From contig CM097886.1 of NCBI GenBank assembly GCA_044892525.1, positions 65,782,001-65,846,000 of the forward strand: DNA of 64,000 bases, given 5' to 3'. Of the stretch, positions 1-13,579 are shown in pieces. This stretch comes from Schmidtea polychroa (taxonomy: Eukaryota). How positions within the stretch are numbered: position 1 is the first letter of the stretch; every line of letters starts with the position of its first letter. The notes beneath the pieces are model-generated. The model was given only the letters and a program-made list of their open reading frames with translations. It did no database searches and was not told the DNA's origin. A program made the position numbers and the translations under genes.

Positions 1-98
1 TCTTCATGGATATTGTTGGCAGCTTTCTTTCTGAGCAATTCGGGATTCTCGTATTTCTCAAGAATTGTTCTCTTGGAGATTGTTCTCGACGACCATGG

Positions 99-800
99 TT
101 ATTTCCTTCGTATTGTATTGGTCCGCGTATAGGATGTTCGTCTCTTCTTGATCTGTGGTGACTTAATGGGTCTTCTGATAGTCTTCTTTGTGATGATGTA
201 GACATGGGATCTTGGGTATTCTTTTGAATTCTCATCTGCCCTCCCTGTCACGCTAGCGTATGTTCTTTGACCGATTGCTTTAATAAATTCCATTTTATTG
301 TTTCCATTTTTGTTACTTTCAAATATTTTCGCCAATGATCTCGTTTCTTCAATTTGTTTCTAGTTTCGTCAATAGTATCTCCCTCAGTCTCGCATCGCGT
401 GCTTTATTTGCGATGAGGTCTTGAACAATATCTTCTTCTGATCGTCCTGAATTTACAACTTCAGCTAAAGCTTTTCTTAGCCGTATCTCAAAAGCTGCAA
501 ACCTTTCATCATCTTTCTGTTCCATAGCTGTCAATTCTCTGATTTTGTAATTGTGAACGTATTTAAGAACCACGCTTGGGCTTTCGCTACTGTTGTTTCT
601 GTTTCTCAGACGTTTCCCCACATCGTCTTTGTTTCTGCCACTAATAACACATCGAAAGTGCTTGTCAATCGCTGTCCATTTGTCAGCAATCATTCTTCTA
701 TATCCCTGATCCATTCTTCGGCTTCTTTTAAACCTCGTCCATCATATCGTATGATGTTCAGTGTGAGCATGTCATGGCATGATTTCGGTAGGCATTCCAT
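99..800 (-). pseudogene. Degraded Ty3/Gypsy-type gag remnant
   Basis: Minus strand reads MECLPKSCHDMLTLNIIRYDGRGLKEAEEWIRDIEE*LL...MWGNV*ETETTVAKAQAWFLNTF, then frameshifts into LTAMEQKDDERFAAFEIRLRKALAEV. YDG...EEWI..IE and the Q..DE.F..F..RLR segment resemble retrotransposon capsid motifs. Two in-frame TGA stops and one frameshift. Confidence 0.6.
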
Positions 801-1874
801 TAGCGATTTTGTCGATTTCGAAATGGCGTTGATATTTTTATTTTCGGCGTGGTCGCTAGTTAAATCCATCTTTAAATTTGCAGCAAAAATCTTGAAACTA
901 ACAATATATATTTAATCAAAGAAATTATAAATAACAAGTTTTAATTAATTCACAAAAACCGCCAATTCCAAATTATTTAAACAAAAAGATATCTGATTCA
1001 TTTTTAAAAGTGCCAATAATAATTTGTGAATGGATTAGCCCATCTTTGGAAATTGCCAAAACCAGAGAAATATTTGGACCTCGATTTGTTGGCATAGCGC
1101 TAACTTCGATTGTCTACTCGTGATATACCGAATCTCTTGTTCATCCATGTATTGAAAGAGCATTCATCTATGAATTTCTTGAAATGGAATAGTCGATTCT
1201 GAAGAAGCTTATATCCTTATACATTTTTTTATAAATAATTGTTTTAAAATTGAAAATTTTTAGCTTATTAAATGCCCGTAAGTTTAATCAGTGTCTTATT
1301 GTGTATTTTTTATTATAGAAATTTTGTGAACCATGTTTGGGTGTATTTATATATATTTTCTTTCAACAGCAACTTTTCTCTCTTTCTATAGTGTAATTGC
1401 CAATTTAATGCCACAAATTTAATTCAATGACACACACACTTATTATGGGTAAGTTAATATTTATATTATAAAAAGCCAAATAAATATCCATTAGATGATA
1501 ATCAATTGCCGATTGGTGTATAGTTTACAAGAGAAAAGTTTTTATTTAGTAGTATCAAATTTGTTTAGTTATCTTACCTGTAGTGGTCTTTCACAGGGTT
1601 AATTACCCATAGTCAGGTGAATTATTTTCAATTGTATTGACAGAATTAAAAAGGTTGTAAAGTGTAATATTAATAAAAGTTACTTGTGTTGAATCAATTC
1701 TTTGATAAAGAGCATGTGGAGTTTGATTCTGAAATATCCCAATGAATCATATAAAATAACTCAATAATTTTAACCATTAAAATTTTTACACAATTCTTAA
1801 AAACCGAAGTAAACATTTTTTCCTTTATAAAATATTCAAATCACCAATATATATGTATAAAAAAACTCATAATA

Positions 1875-4800
1875 TTAAGGTAGCTTAATCAAACTATAGT
1901 ATTTTTTTAACGATTGAAATGTTCTATTTTGACGAAATTCACAATATTCGCGACTTGAATAATATAATTTATTTTGTGTTACACAATCCAATTGATGATA
2001 AGACAATCTGACTGAAGGATCAGTTGAACGGAACACCTAAATAATATTGTATAAATTTTAATGCGATGAAAAATATTAAAAGCAATAAAATAGTTTTTAT
2101 TAGAAAAATATCACCTCTTTTTGTAAACGAATTAGTTTATTGAGAAATGAAACGTGAGATTTATCACTAGTTTCATCCTCTGGCAAACCGTTACTTTTCA
2201 CAAACACTTTCTGATGAATGCACAAAATTTCTTGATTTCCATGATCCCAAATGCCTAAATAAACATATTTGTTTACAGATAAAATTTTCATTATCGTGTT
2301 TATATCTGGTCAAAGAATATTTTATAACAAAATTATGGAAATATTCCTCGATATTTATTTATCATGTTCGATTTTTGAGCCCATAAGATCAGTGTAGATA
2401 AAGTAAATTAAAGAATATCTAATCAGGCCCGGTCCGAACAAAAGTGGGGTTTGGTGCAAGAATTCCTAGAGGAGACTTGAAAGAAATTTTATACAAGAAA
2501 TAATAATTTAATGTAATTTGTTATTTATTACGTTCAGAATAGTAAAGAAAACATTCAAACTTTTTTTGAAAAGTGGATAATGAATCAAGAACGTTTAGAG
2601 ATATTTGGACTGAAATGTATTTTTTGGCAATGTATAAAGGCGACTTGGTGTTCCTAATTTGCAAAGAGAAAGTAAGTTACTTGAACGAATATAATCTTCG
2701 ACGGCATTATGAAACAATGCACAGTAATGTGTTTGATACTATAGTAGGCCAAAACATAATAGAAAAAATCGAAGAACTAAAACAAAACTTATCTAAGCAA
2801 CAAAATGTGTTTAAAATCTAAAATGATAATTTTCTTATTAATTATTAAAGAAGTTCCTCGTGCATTTGGATTGACAGAGTTTATGTTTTTATGATAACAT
2901 AGGTAACATAAGATAGGCGTTGGTGGAGTGAAGTAGTAAGTAATCAATTTTAAAAAATTTAATCTCACTCCAGTCTAGAATATAAAACAATTTTGATCTT
3001 TGGCTCGCAAAATATTTGGAAAGTATTGATTTGACTTACAACTTCATAAAGTGTTTTACACCTCTGCAAACTTTATTTTATTATTATTTATTTAAGATTG
3101 TTCACACAGAAACACACTACTTTATTACTACATAAATGGATTTATCATTTTCTTATGTTTTATTACAAATACAGTAATACCCCGTGTTACGTACACTCGT
3201 TTTACGTACACTCGCACATACGTACATCTCATTTTTGTCCCCATTTGCCCATTATACGTACAATGATTCACACTTACGTACAAGTACTTTTTTTACTTAC
3301 ATTTTTTATGGTTTTGCAATTTATGGAAAAAAAATTATGTACTAGGATAATAAATTATGAATGTACTTTTGTAGAAATAAATCAATATAAAAACCTTTGT
3401 AAAATATAAATACATAATATTCATAATTAATTCGACTTTAGAAGAATAAAGACTAATTTTTTCTATTTTGATTTATGTATAGTTTTTTTCTTGGAACAAT
3501 AATTCTATGAAATATTAACTTGCACAGTAAGTAGGAATACGTTTATTTTTTTTAAATTCTTAAAATAATTTTTTTCTCTAAGAAATGGCAGATAAAAAAT
3601 TAAAAAAAACTCGAAATGTTCTTTTGCTAAAAGCCAAAGTTAATATAATTATATATATATATATAGTAAGAGTTAATCCGACAAGATATTTTTCCCCTAG
3701 TAGGTATTGGTCGAAATTGTTCACACTAAACATGTTCCAAGAGTACTAGTCATGCTTATTATTATTTTCTTCAAGTTCTTATTTTATTTACAAAGTATTA
3801 TTTTCAAGGTCATATTTTTAAAATTAATTTTTTAGACTTCCCGACCAAGAACGAGAACTTATTTTAAAGGTTTTTCAAAGGGCTTTTTGATACGCGCGCG
3901 CATGGAATATTATTATTACTAATTTTTACTATTATTTTGATGACCAATGGCTGATTTCAAAATGTTTTACTCAGGGTATCTGAATGTTTATAGTGGTGAT
4001 CAAGGTAAGCAAGGGTTATTTTGAAGGTTTTTATATATGGTCAAAATACAAAAAAAATATTTTTAAAATTAAAGTCATATCGAAATATGACAAAATTGTT
4101 GATGTGTAGATGATAGAGGTGTATGTGTTCTACAATATGGTGCTACTTAGACCTTTGATAGTTCAACCATGGTGTGATTCATGAAAAATAGGACTCCGAA
4201 AGACTACTTATTAATATTTAAAAAATAATAATATATGCTTGGATGAGTCTTTGTTTAAAATTTGACCTTGAAAATTTTTTTTCCAATGGGATGATGGGGT
4301 ATGTGGTCTTGCGGAGTCCTGGTTTTGCGGTACCCAATCCATCTACTATTAATACAAACATTAAAATAATAAAATTACAAACCTATAATAAAAGTACAAA
4401 CAATAATAGTACAAAGAAATTATTAAAAGTACAAATAATAATAGTACGAGGAAATAAATAACAAAAGTACAAATAATAATAGTACAAACCTATAAACAAT
4501 AAATTACAAATATTAATAGTACAAACCTATAAACAATAAATTACAAATAATAATAGTACAAACCTATGAATAATAAAAGTACAAATAATAATAGTACAAA
4601 CCTAAAAATAATAAAAGTACAAATAATAATAGTACAAACCTATAAACAATAGATTACAAATAATAATAGTACAAACCTGTAAATAATAAATTACAAATAT
4701 TAATAGTACAAACCTATAAATAATAAATTACAAATATTAATAGTACAAACCTATAAATAATAAAAGTACAAATAATAATAGTACAAACCTAAAAATAATA

Positions 4801-7800
4801 AAAGTACAAATAATAATAGTACAAACCTATAAATAATAAATTACAAGTCTTAATAGTACAAACCTATAAATAATAAATTACAAATATTAATAGTACAAAC
4901 CTATAAATAATAAATTACAAATATTAATAGTACAAACCTATAAATAATAAATTACAAATATTAATAGTACAAACCTATAAATAATAAATTACAAATATTA
5001 ATAGTACAAATCTATTAATAATAAAAGTACAAATAATAATAATACAAACCTAAAAATAATAAAAGTACAGTAACTACTCTCTTATCCGCCAAAAAACGGG
5101 ACTATGAAAAAGGTGGCGGGTTCTAGAAAATGGTGGCTTGTAGAGTAAAAATAAAAAAAATTATTAAAAAATTCATTTCTTTATTATCCAGTTATCCAAA
5201 ATTATATTTAATACAAAAATAGCAAAAATTAAAAACAAAAATAATTAAAAAAATATATTATTAAACCAAATTACACTTATTTAAATTCATTTGTGCAAAA
5301 ATAAATTGGCGGATAAGAGAGCAGAGTTACTGTACATGTATAAAATATTTTTCATAAAATGTTGTATAAGTCATTCTCCTTGTTGATGTTTAAATCAGTA
5401 AATCTTTAATAAAAGTATTTCACAATATTTATGTTAAATAAAATAAATAATGACTAGATATGAAAATTGAACGAATGGAAATTGTATAAAAATATTTTAA
5501 TAAATCTTTTAAAATCATTAAAAACTAATACCTGATTCTTCATTTAATTGATTGTCATAATTAGGATCTCTGTGAAGAAACTCCACAAAAGGAATAGGAA
5601 CATAAATAACATTGTCAGACAAGATAGAATAACAGCGTTGTAGGAAATGATAAGTTACATTAACGTTGACACCCAAAATTACAAGTCTAGAATCAGTGTT
5701 TCCAAGTAATTTGATGGCTTTATTGACAGAGGATGGAACTTTGAAAACGCATCCCGGTTCAAAGACCAAATGCAATTTGTAAGATTTAACTTTTTCGTGT
5801 TTTTTAGTAAAATTATCAACCATCGCATTTAATTTTTCATTTGATTTTCCCATAGAGCACACATATATTGTAACATTGACAGGCAGGAAATGGATAATAT
5901 TGCTTTCGTGATATTTCAATAGATATTCTATATGGGGGATATTTTGATCACTACATGTGTATAAAACATTTATTGTTCTAGCTTTTGTGACAGTAACGTC
6001 ATTCTGAGAGACAATTTGAGCATAACTAAATGGTTTGACAAGGTTTATCCGATATACTCGTTTGGGTGTATTTAATTTTCTATGCTTTTCTAAAACCAAT
6101 TCCAAATCCATTATGTACTCTTTGCCTCTAATGGGATCAATCCGTTCGAATCCGTTTAAAAGTGATTCAATTTTAAATCTGAAAAAAGTTAATAGTTGAT
6201 TTTTTTAAAAAAGGAAAATGTTAAGAATTAAAGATGAAGTAGATTTTTATCTAAGAACAAAACAGCGATGCAAAGTCAATATAACAAAAAATCAGGTTAG
6301 TCGGATAATCAAAGTATAAGAATGCCACAATAAGCCAATTGGCAAGAGTTCTTATTGGCTAGGAATTTAATACAATGTACGATAAAGGGAAGCATTGTAA
6401 AGGTAGTGATTATGATAAATTGAAATAAAAGTGAGGATGGAAATATCATGATAAAATATCAATTTACTGTTATATTTTTTATGTGAAAATCGAAAACCAA
6501 AACGAAGACAACAAAATAATCAATAAATCATATAGCCTGTCAGTTTAGTTTCACGGGTGTCTTAAAATAGACTGAGATGGTGATTCTTTAATGAATCCCG
6601 AAAACAATATACACTTTCTTGAAAGTGTGATATAATTTTTGAAATGTGAAATATTGATTATAATGTGCTGGTGCAAAGTGCAAATTCTGACTATAGTCAG
6701 AGACACGTCTTTCTTACTAAAGCAAGATCACTCAAAGTTCCAGGAATTCTTTTCACTATAAAAAGTGCAAATATTAATTTAAAAGTGCAAAATTGTGCTA
6801 AAAGAGGATACACTATTTGAAATAAATTTTGAAATATGAAATATTGATTTTTATAGTGGGAATTCAGATTATAGTCATAGGCACGTTTTTTTACTAAAGC
6901 CAGAGCAATCATAGTTCAAGGAATTCTTTTCACCATTAAAAAGTGCTAAAATTGATTTAAAAGTGCAAAATTGTGCTTAAAAGGTTTTTGAAGGTTTGAT
7001 ATAATTTTTTATATGTGAAATATTGATTTTTATGTGCAACTGCATAGTGGGAATTCGGACTATCATAGGCACGTACATTTACTAAAGCCTAAGCAATCTA
7101 AGTTCCAGGAATTCTTTTCACTATAAAAAAGTGCTAAAATTGATTTAAAAGTGCAAAATTATACTAAAGAGAATTTTTCGTGTTACGATTCATTGCACTA
7201 TAGGACGAGGGTTCAAGATTTTTGTTTCGGCAAAAAGATGGAGATTATGAAAATTTTGTGATATCTCCAAGAGAATTGTCTGGCGGAAAATTAAAATTTT
7301 TCAAGGAGAAGATTCTTAAAATGTATTTGTTCAAAATATATTGTCAATAAATCAGATAGCCTATCAGTTAAGGTTCATGGGTGTCATAAAATAGATTTTT
7401 TAACGAATCCCGAAAATAATACAAACTTTTCTGAAGGTTCAATAGGTAATATCAGAATTTGTAAGACATATTCCTTAGGTTTTTAGTGTGTTTTTGCCTA
7501 TTTGAAGCGATCTGTGCTTGAACAGAGGAACAACTATACTTTATATTGATTTTTTTTATTCTCATCCTTCCGTTTACTGATTACCAAACAAATTTGATAT
7601 GAGAACATGGTATTGATTACCACATAATTTGAAGTATCCACAATCATTTTTGAATACAGTTATAAGTGTAAGTTCACATCTGACACTCCAAAAAGAAAGA
7701 GTTCATATCACCTGCTACAATATTGATATTATACAATTGAATTCATTTCTATATTATATGGTTTTACATATTGAAATTGACACCTGTAAAATTTGGGAAA

Positions 7801-8567
7801 ATAAAATATATTCATTCTAATGCTAACGATGGACATAAATCATACATATTGCCAAGATTATTGTCGTCTAAAAAGCTCCTGTTTAATTTGCCGTTATTAG
7901 ATACGTTATTAATACAAATTTTAAAGTGATTTACCAAAATTAATTTAAAATTTCTGTTAAAAACGATTGTAAACCACGATTGGTGGTTTGTCAATGGGTA
8001 ACTTCCACCCTCGCGTCCCCACCCCATCAAATCATATATATGTTCATTCCAGGCGGTTTTAATTTATGGTGTAGCAAGAAAAGGAGCTTGTTAATTTTGC
8101 AAATCATGAATTAACAAAAAAGTTACTTGTAATTTATGGAAACAAGGGACAATTTTGAAAAATATTATAATTCAGAATTTAGTAACCTTGTTATACACAG
8201 AAAAATAAATTTACTTATCTGCTTGTCCATGATTTATGTGAGATTTAACTTGTTGCAATATATCACGAATATCAGATGAATGATAAGGTTTCATTTTGGT
8301 TTCAATTTGACCAAGATGAGTATCGAATACCATTGATAGATTAAAATAACGAAATTCAATAACATCTCTAAGACTTTTTGGTGAATATGGTTGTCTAAGT
8401 TGCTCATGTATATTGTCCAATAACAAATCTGAGTCTACATCTTTAGACGTTACACAATTCTTGTCAGCTTTTGGGACTTTATAAGAATTTTCTAACATAA
8501 TTCTTAAAGTAAATCCAATCGCCACAGAAACAATAAATTTAAATATTTCAACAATCTTTACACGCAT
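1875..8567 (-). CDS. CHPF-like: Chondroitin polymerizing factor / chondroitin synthase family (CHGN) protein, 433 aa, N-terminal GT31 domain absent
   Basis: Hand-spliced GT-AG exons 8567-8215, 6178-5532, 2254-2115, 2036-1875, with all phases matching (1302 nt). Signal anchor VEIFKFIVSVAIGFTL. Motifs PYSPKSLRDVIEFRYF (cf. CHPF P.SRFEVL.WDYF), NGFERIDPIRGKEYIMDL (cf. NGYRRFDP.RGMEYTLDL), FLQRC, GIWDHGNQEILCI, VFRSTDP...DC...YC. Confidence 0.85.
2390..3066 (+). mobile_element. Internally deleted hAT (SPIN/GTF2IRD2-like) element remnant in CHPF intron 2
   Basis: ORF 2573-2821 (RTFRDIWTEMYF...LICKEKVSYLNEYNLRRHYETMH...KIEELKQNLSKQQNVF) matches the N-terminal zinc-finger region of SPIN/GTF2IRD2-type transposases. 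SPIN-like 3' end TGGCTC...CACCTCTG. Boundaries approximate. Confidence 0.7.
4345..5067. repeat. 37-bp minisatellite (about 19 units; itself a dimer of ~18-19-mers)
   Basis: Unit ~AACCTATAAATAATAAATTACAAATATTAATAGTACA; period measured 4861 to 4898. Confidence 0.9.
5068..5332. mobile_element. pogo/Tigger-type MITE
   Basis: TIRs CAGTAACT(A/CTG)CTCTCTTATCCGCCAA at both ends, flanked by TA at 5066-67 and 5333-34. Confidence 0.8.
6630..7170. repeat. Degenerate ~180-bp tandem repeat, about 3 copies
   Basis: Core GGAATTCTTTTCAC.AT.AAAAAGTGC recurs near 6742, 6918 and 7107. Confidence 0.7.
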
Positions 8568-8948
8568 TTAGCACTTAAAGTAGATAAAACATGTTAATTA
8601 ATTTGAATATATATATTTTTTTGTAAAATTATTTATGCATAGGATTTTATATTTACAAATTTAAATAAAAGTTTAAAATAATATGCATCTTTCAAATACT
8701 GTTATTCATGTACTAATTAAATTTACAAAATAAGTAAAGTAATTCTGATTAAATTAATTAAAAGTTTACTTAAAATATATAATATTAAAACAAAGCTTGT
8801 AACTTAAATTTTCTTTTAATATTTTAGCAATGTCAATTATATAAATAATACGTTTCTTTAAACATTGGATACTTATCATTGGTTGAAAACATATATGAAG
8901 ACATATGGTTATTAAAAATTCTGATTTAACTATTTACCACGAAGAAAT

Positions 8949-10638
8949 TGTTGGGCTAGAACCGAGAATTGAGAGTTCTTTTAATGAATCGGAAATACAT
9001 AACAAAAAAAATCGCACCAAGTTGAAATAAAATCCATGGTCATACACCAAATAATACAAAATAAAATACATAAAACAGTGAAGATAAATAAAACACGTAT
9101 AAAAATGAAGGAACGCAAGAAGCTGCAACCACCAACACGGTTCGGAGAAATATCACATTCGAAAAATCTAACAACTGGAGAATAAAATTATAATGAATAA
9201 AATAATCGGTAATAAATTAATTAATAATATGAAAATGTTTTAAATATATAAATTAAAAAATTAAAACTAAAATTCCAGTAAACTGATAAAATGATACAAC
9301 AGTAAAATATAGGTAGTAAAATTAGGTAAATTACAAATTTATAAAACCAAATTGTTTGAATCAATGAAACTAAAATAAAATTAATTAAACTTATTTTAAT
9401 TATAAAATTTATAAAACTAAATTTTTTAAATCAATAAAACTAAATTAGAACTAAAATTAGTTAAATTATAAAATTTATAAAACTAAAACGTAAAATTTAA
9501 TAAAAATTAAAAATTTTGATTAATTAAACTAATTTAATAAAAAATAAAGAATTACACACAATCATGCATGCATGCAAAAGTAATTCGAATTTATCGCATG
9601 CTAATTGGATACAGTAGCAGAGAATGCGTAGGCGTGTAATCAAATCAGTATATATACTGATTGAAAATTCAGTCAAAAACAAACTAGTTTAATCTGAAAT
9701 TAACATTATTTAGCAGACATTGTTAGGCGCTCTCAGTTTTCGGTGTATGCAATCGCCGTAAGTTGGATTTTATTTTGGAAATTTTATGGGAAATATAATT
9801 TTATATAAAGTATAATGTAATTTCATGATTTAATAAAATTTTAAGTTGAATTTAGTTTTAGTTAATTTTGGTGTTTTGCTCATTTCGTTTTTAAAACTTT
9901 GAATAAATATTTATGGTTGAATTTGGTTTTTGTCATAATTTTTATACTTTGATGCCCCCAGGTTTGGGATACGTCTGTAAACCATCGACCGATAGATTGA
10001 TGGACAGCATATGGTTAACCATTCTGGCACATTGTTTAGAGGGTATAATTAGGGAGAATATAGATAGGAGAATATAGATTCATTTTGAACAGTTTGAAGC
10101 TTTGTTTAAATATAGATAGTATAGGACGGGTTCGTTTTAGTAAGACATAGGTTGGAATTGGAAATACAGGCAGATCCCTGCTCAAATATTTTGAAGATTA
10201 AGTTGAATTTTCACCAGGACTGCAGAAAATATGGAATGACATTTATTAACTGGGAAATAAAATATCTACAAATATTACAGACAACACATAATAACTTATA
10301 AATAGAAAAATAAGGGCGGATCCCTGGGCAAAATTTTGGAAGATAACATTAGAAAACATCTAGTAGTGAGGACCACAATTAAATGAATACAGGACAACAA
10401 TCTAACAATAGAAAAGATAACGATTAATGACGTAAGACCTTCTATCGGCAGTCTAGAACCCGAAAAGAAAATACAATGAGGAGTAGTTTTAGCAGTAGAG
10501 CTCACCTGCTTATTGATTTTCAACCATTGTGTACAGTACCAACATGGTCGTCACCATGGGTACACAGATGGTAATAAAACAATAATTATGAAGGCGTTTA
10601 GGAAGGAGTCTATTCAACACACGCGTAAGCGACCAACA
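8949..10638 (+). mobile_element. Solo LTR (family 1, diverged subfamily), 1690 bp
   Basis: TGTTGGGCTAG...GACCAACA termini; TSD AAAT at 8945-48 and 10639-42; homologous along its length to the LTR at 23489-25032 (A-rich U3, ATTGG box, TATA palindrome, U5 hairpins, structured motif). Confidence 0.9.
10428..10572 (+). ncRNA. LTR U5 structured RNA motif 1, copy D
   Basis: ATGACGTAAGACCTTCTATCGGCAGTC followed by two stem-bulge-stem domains; base pairs covary with copies at 21601, 24780, 32657 and 45078. Confidence 0.6.
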
Positions 10639-12671
10639 AAATTCAAAATCCTAATGTGGTTTCAGAAACAACTGTTAGATGACATGGTGAGGTCCATAAA
10701 CACATTTGTCCTAATAAGTGATTATAGGACTGAGCCGAATAAATTCAGAGTGAATATCTATAGTGAGAAACTTCAATGCAATCAGAAGGTCCAATGAAAT
10801 CCGACAATTAATAAACTATATTGATCCTGCAACCCAACAAATTCAGTTTAAACCGACCAGTCCCTCTGATAATTAGCAATTTATGGTAATATTTTTGAAC
10901 ATGAACAATCGAGTGAATAAATCCTCTTGAACTTTTTGTTAATATATTAGGGACTTCTTGTATTTATTTTTGTATTTATTTGTCTGTTGATGTGTCAAAT
11001 TCGAGGCCTCGTGTATTTATCTATTATAATTATATGTTGTGGATTAATCAATAAATTCAAAAATGAAAGGAAAAAATAATTATAAATCAACAAATGTATT
11101 TATTAATAATCTACTCGACATACGAAATTAATAAATAACATATGATATAAAATAAATATTAAAATAGTTTAGCGGTAAACGCATAATATACAAAATAAAT
11201 ATTAATAATGAATGATTCTAATAAGTTTAAAAAATTAGTATTAACATGTGGTATAAAATAAATATTAATAATTGTGAATGAATAAGTTGATATTAGCATA
11301 CATAAATAACGAGGTAGGCGCATATTTACATTAAATTTTAAAATTAATTTAATCTTACATACTGATTTACTATAAAATCATAATTTCGGCTGTTAAAATA
11401 AAATTTTTATTATCGCTAAAAAATTTTGAGAGTTAATCTCCAAAGATTTTTAAAATAATAATTTTGACAGTTCGAGATCCAAAAGAATATCAGTAAAGGA
11501 ATATTTCTTTTTGCACGCATCACACAACATACACCCACAGTCAACCAGTAATTATTTAGCAAGTATTTGAGTAAAAATTCGTAATAAAGACGGTTATATT
11601 TTTAACAAGTAAATTGTCGATTATTAATAGCTAGGAACCAATATACAAAGTTGAGATCTCACGCCCATTTACGGAGACCTCAACACAACTAATTAAACTT
11701 TAGACGATATGATAGGAGAGAATCGAAAGACCTTAAACACAATCAGTGAGACTTTTAGGAATGCTAATTGAAAAATTGGCAACGACATTCGATGTTTTGA
11801 GCAGAGACTGAGTAAAAACTAAAACGATAACACGACAACAGAGAAGGGTAAACAATACAAAACATATCAAAATTAAAAACAATAGGAAGAAGAAAATAAA
11901 TGAAGAATTTAAACAAAATAAAACAATGAATAAAACAAAGTGTAGCGCTTGTCCCTTCATCGTTTTATTATTTATCCTAACTCTTTGTCGCTGATATTTA
12001 TCTCGGAATTTTGTTTTTTGAATCATTTCTTAAAATGAATGAAAATTTTGAAAATAAATACGAGATTTTGTGATTAGTTGCTTTTGTCATAAACATCTAC
12101 AATTATACTTACGGAATATATCGAAGTTGTTCATATTGTACATTCATACATTTTACCGACTCACGTTCAATTTATTGTTTAGATGGATTCATGATAGATT
12201 TAAATTAATTCGAGAAAACAAACTCTCTTTGGCCAGAAGATGATAACGGCACAATATTTTGCTTGATTTGCATTTTTCTCATTATGTTGGGTTAGGAAAT
12301 AAGATTCAAACAAAAAACTAAAATAAAATAGCATAACAATAAAAAAGAGGAGCACAATAAGTAACCACAAAAATACCTAGAATACCAAAAATAATGTAAA
12401 AATAAAATAATAAAAAATAAGAACAGAAAACATAAAAATTAAATAAAAACAAAAAATAAATGATTTTAAAACATCAAAGACGTATAGAAAGACATTAAAG
12501 AAATAGGAAAAACATCAATAAATTAAGAATGAGAGAAATTTAAGTTAATAATAAAAAATAAATTCGAAAAAAGTCAAAAATAAACAAAATACACAAAACT
12601 CGAAATATATCAATTAAAAAAGTAGACGCCTTACACTGATTGGTCCAAAAATTTTTAAAATTACTATAAAA

Positions 12672-13102
12672 CAGTGTTGTCCAAACTTTTTTGAGCCACG
12701 GCACACTTGGCTGAATTAAAAATTTTCGTGGCACACCTAAGTTTTTTTTGCTTTATTTGCAATTTTTTATTGCACTTTTACTAATCTTTTAATAAGAAAT
12801 GAAAAACTTATAAACTAAAAAATAAAATTATTTAATATTTAAGATCCTAAATAAACATAATTATGCTTACGTATTTTAGATAGTCAATATTTCTAGTAAG
12901 AAATATAAATATGTTTGTAAACAAATAAATTTCGCACTTAATTGACTGATTAACATTTAAATTTGAAATAACTGTTAAAATATCCACAATTCAATTTCCT
13001 TTTATTAAGTTGTTTGGAAAAACAGGTTTTTTTGACTTTTTTTAAAAAATATTTTACGGCACACCTGGGCACCCGCTGCGGCACAAAGTTTGGACAACAC
13101 TT
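12672..13102. mobile_element. hAT/Charlie-type MITE inserted at the TATA box of the family 2 LTR
   Basis: TIRs CAGTGTTGTCCAAACTTT / AAAGTTTGGACAACACT(T); subterminal CGGCACAC repeats; 8-bp imperfect TSD CTATAAAA / TTATAATA with central TA. Confidence 0.85.
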
Positions 13103-13579
13103 TTATAATATAAAAGTACCGCATTGAAATGCGAATTTCAATTTTAATTTTAACGAAAAAATAGGAAATAGGTAAAGGGTCAGCTACAGCATCAACGAAT
13201 CACTCAGAACCTACGAACTTAATCAATTCAATATCATTTGGAAACCTCGAACACTCTTAGACGAATTCAATCGGATAGGGAGTAAATTTTTAATTGAAAT
13301 TTTGTATATGAACTTCTAGTTTATTTAAAGTCTGTATTATGTTCCTTAAATTAAAAACTTTATAAATCAAAGGTTCGTTTTTCTCTTTTGTGATAGTAAT
13401 GCATAAATTTTGAATTGATCCTTTTTGTAAATAAATTGTGGTAACAAATCACCTTTCTTTAAATGAATTATTTTAAATAAATTATTCTAAATAAATGATT
13501 TAAAAAGATAGACAATATTATGAAGTCGCCAAAAATAAAACAATTTATTTGATCATGATATGAAAGTTTAATGATGATA

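Noticed and set aside
600-700. In-frame TGA codons in the gag remnant suggesting recoding
   Set aside because: A frameshift is also present, and host genes use TGG for Trp and TGA as stop; ordinary pseudogenisation.
4345-5067. CRISPR-like appearance of the 37-bp repeats (also the 13-mer array)
   Set aside because: No unique spacers, no cas genes, eukaryotic context.
9136-9147. ACGGTTCGGAG resembling the end of group II intron domain V
   Set aside because: The 5' half of domain V is absent; it lies within LTR U3.
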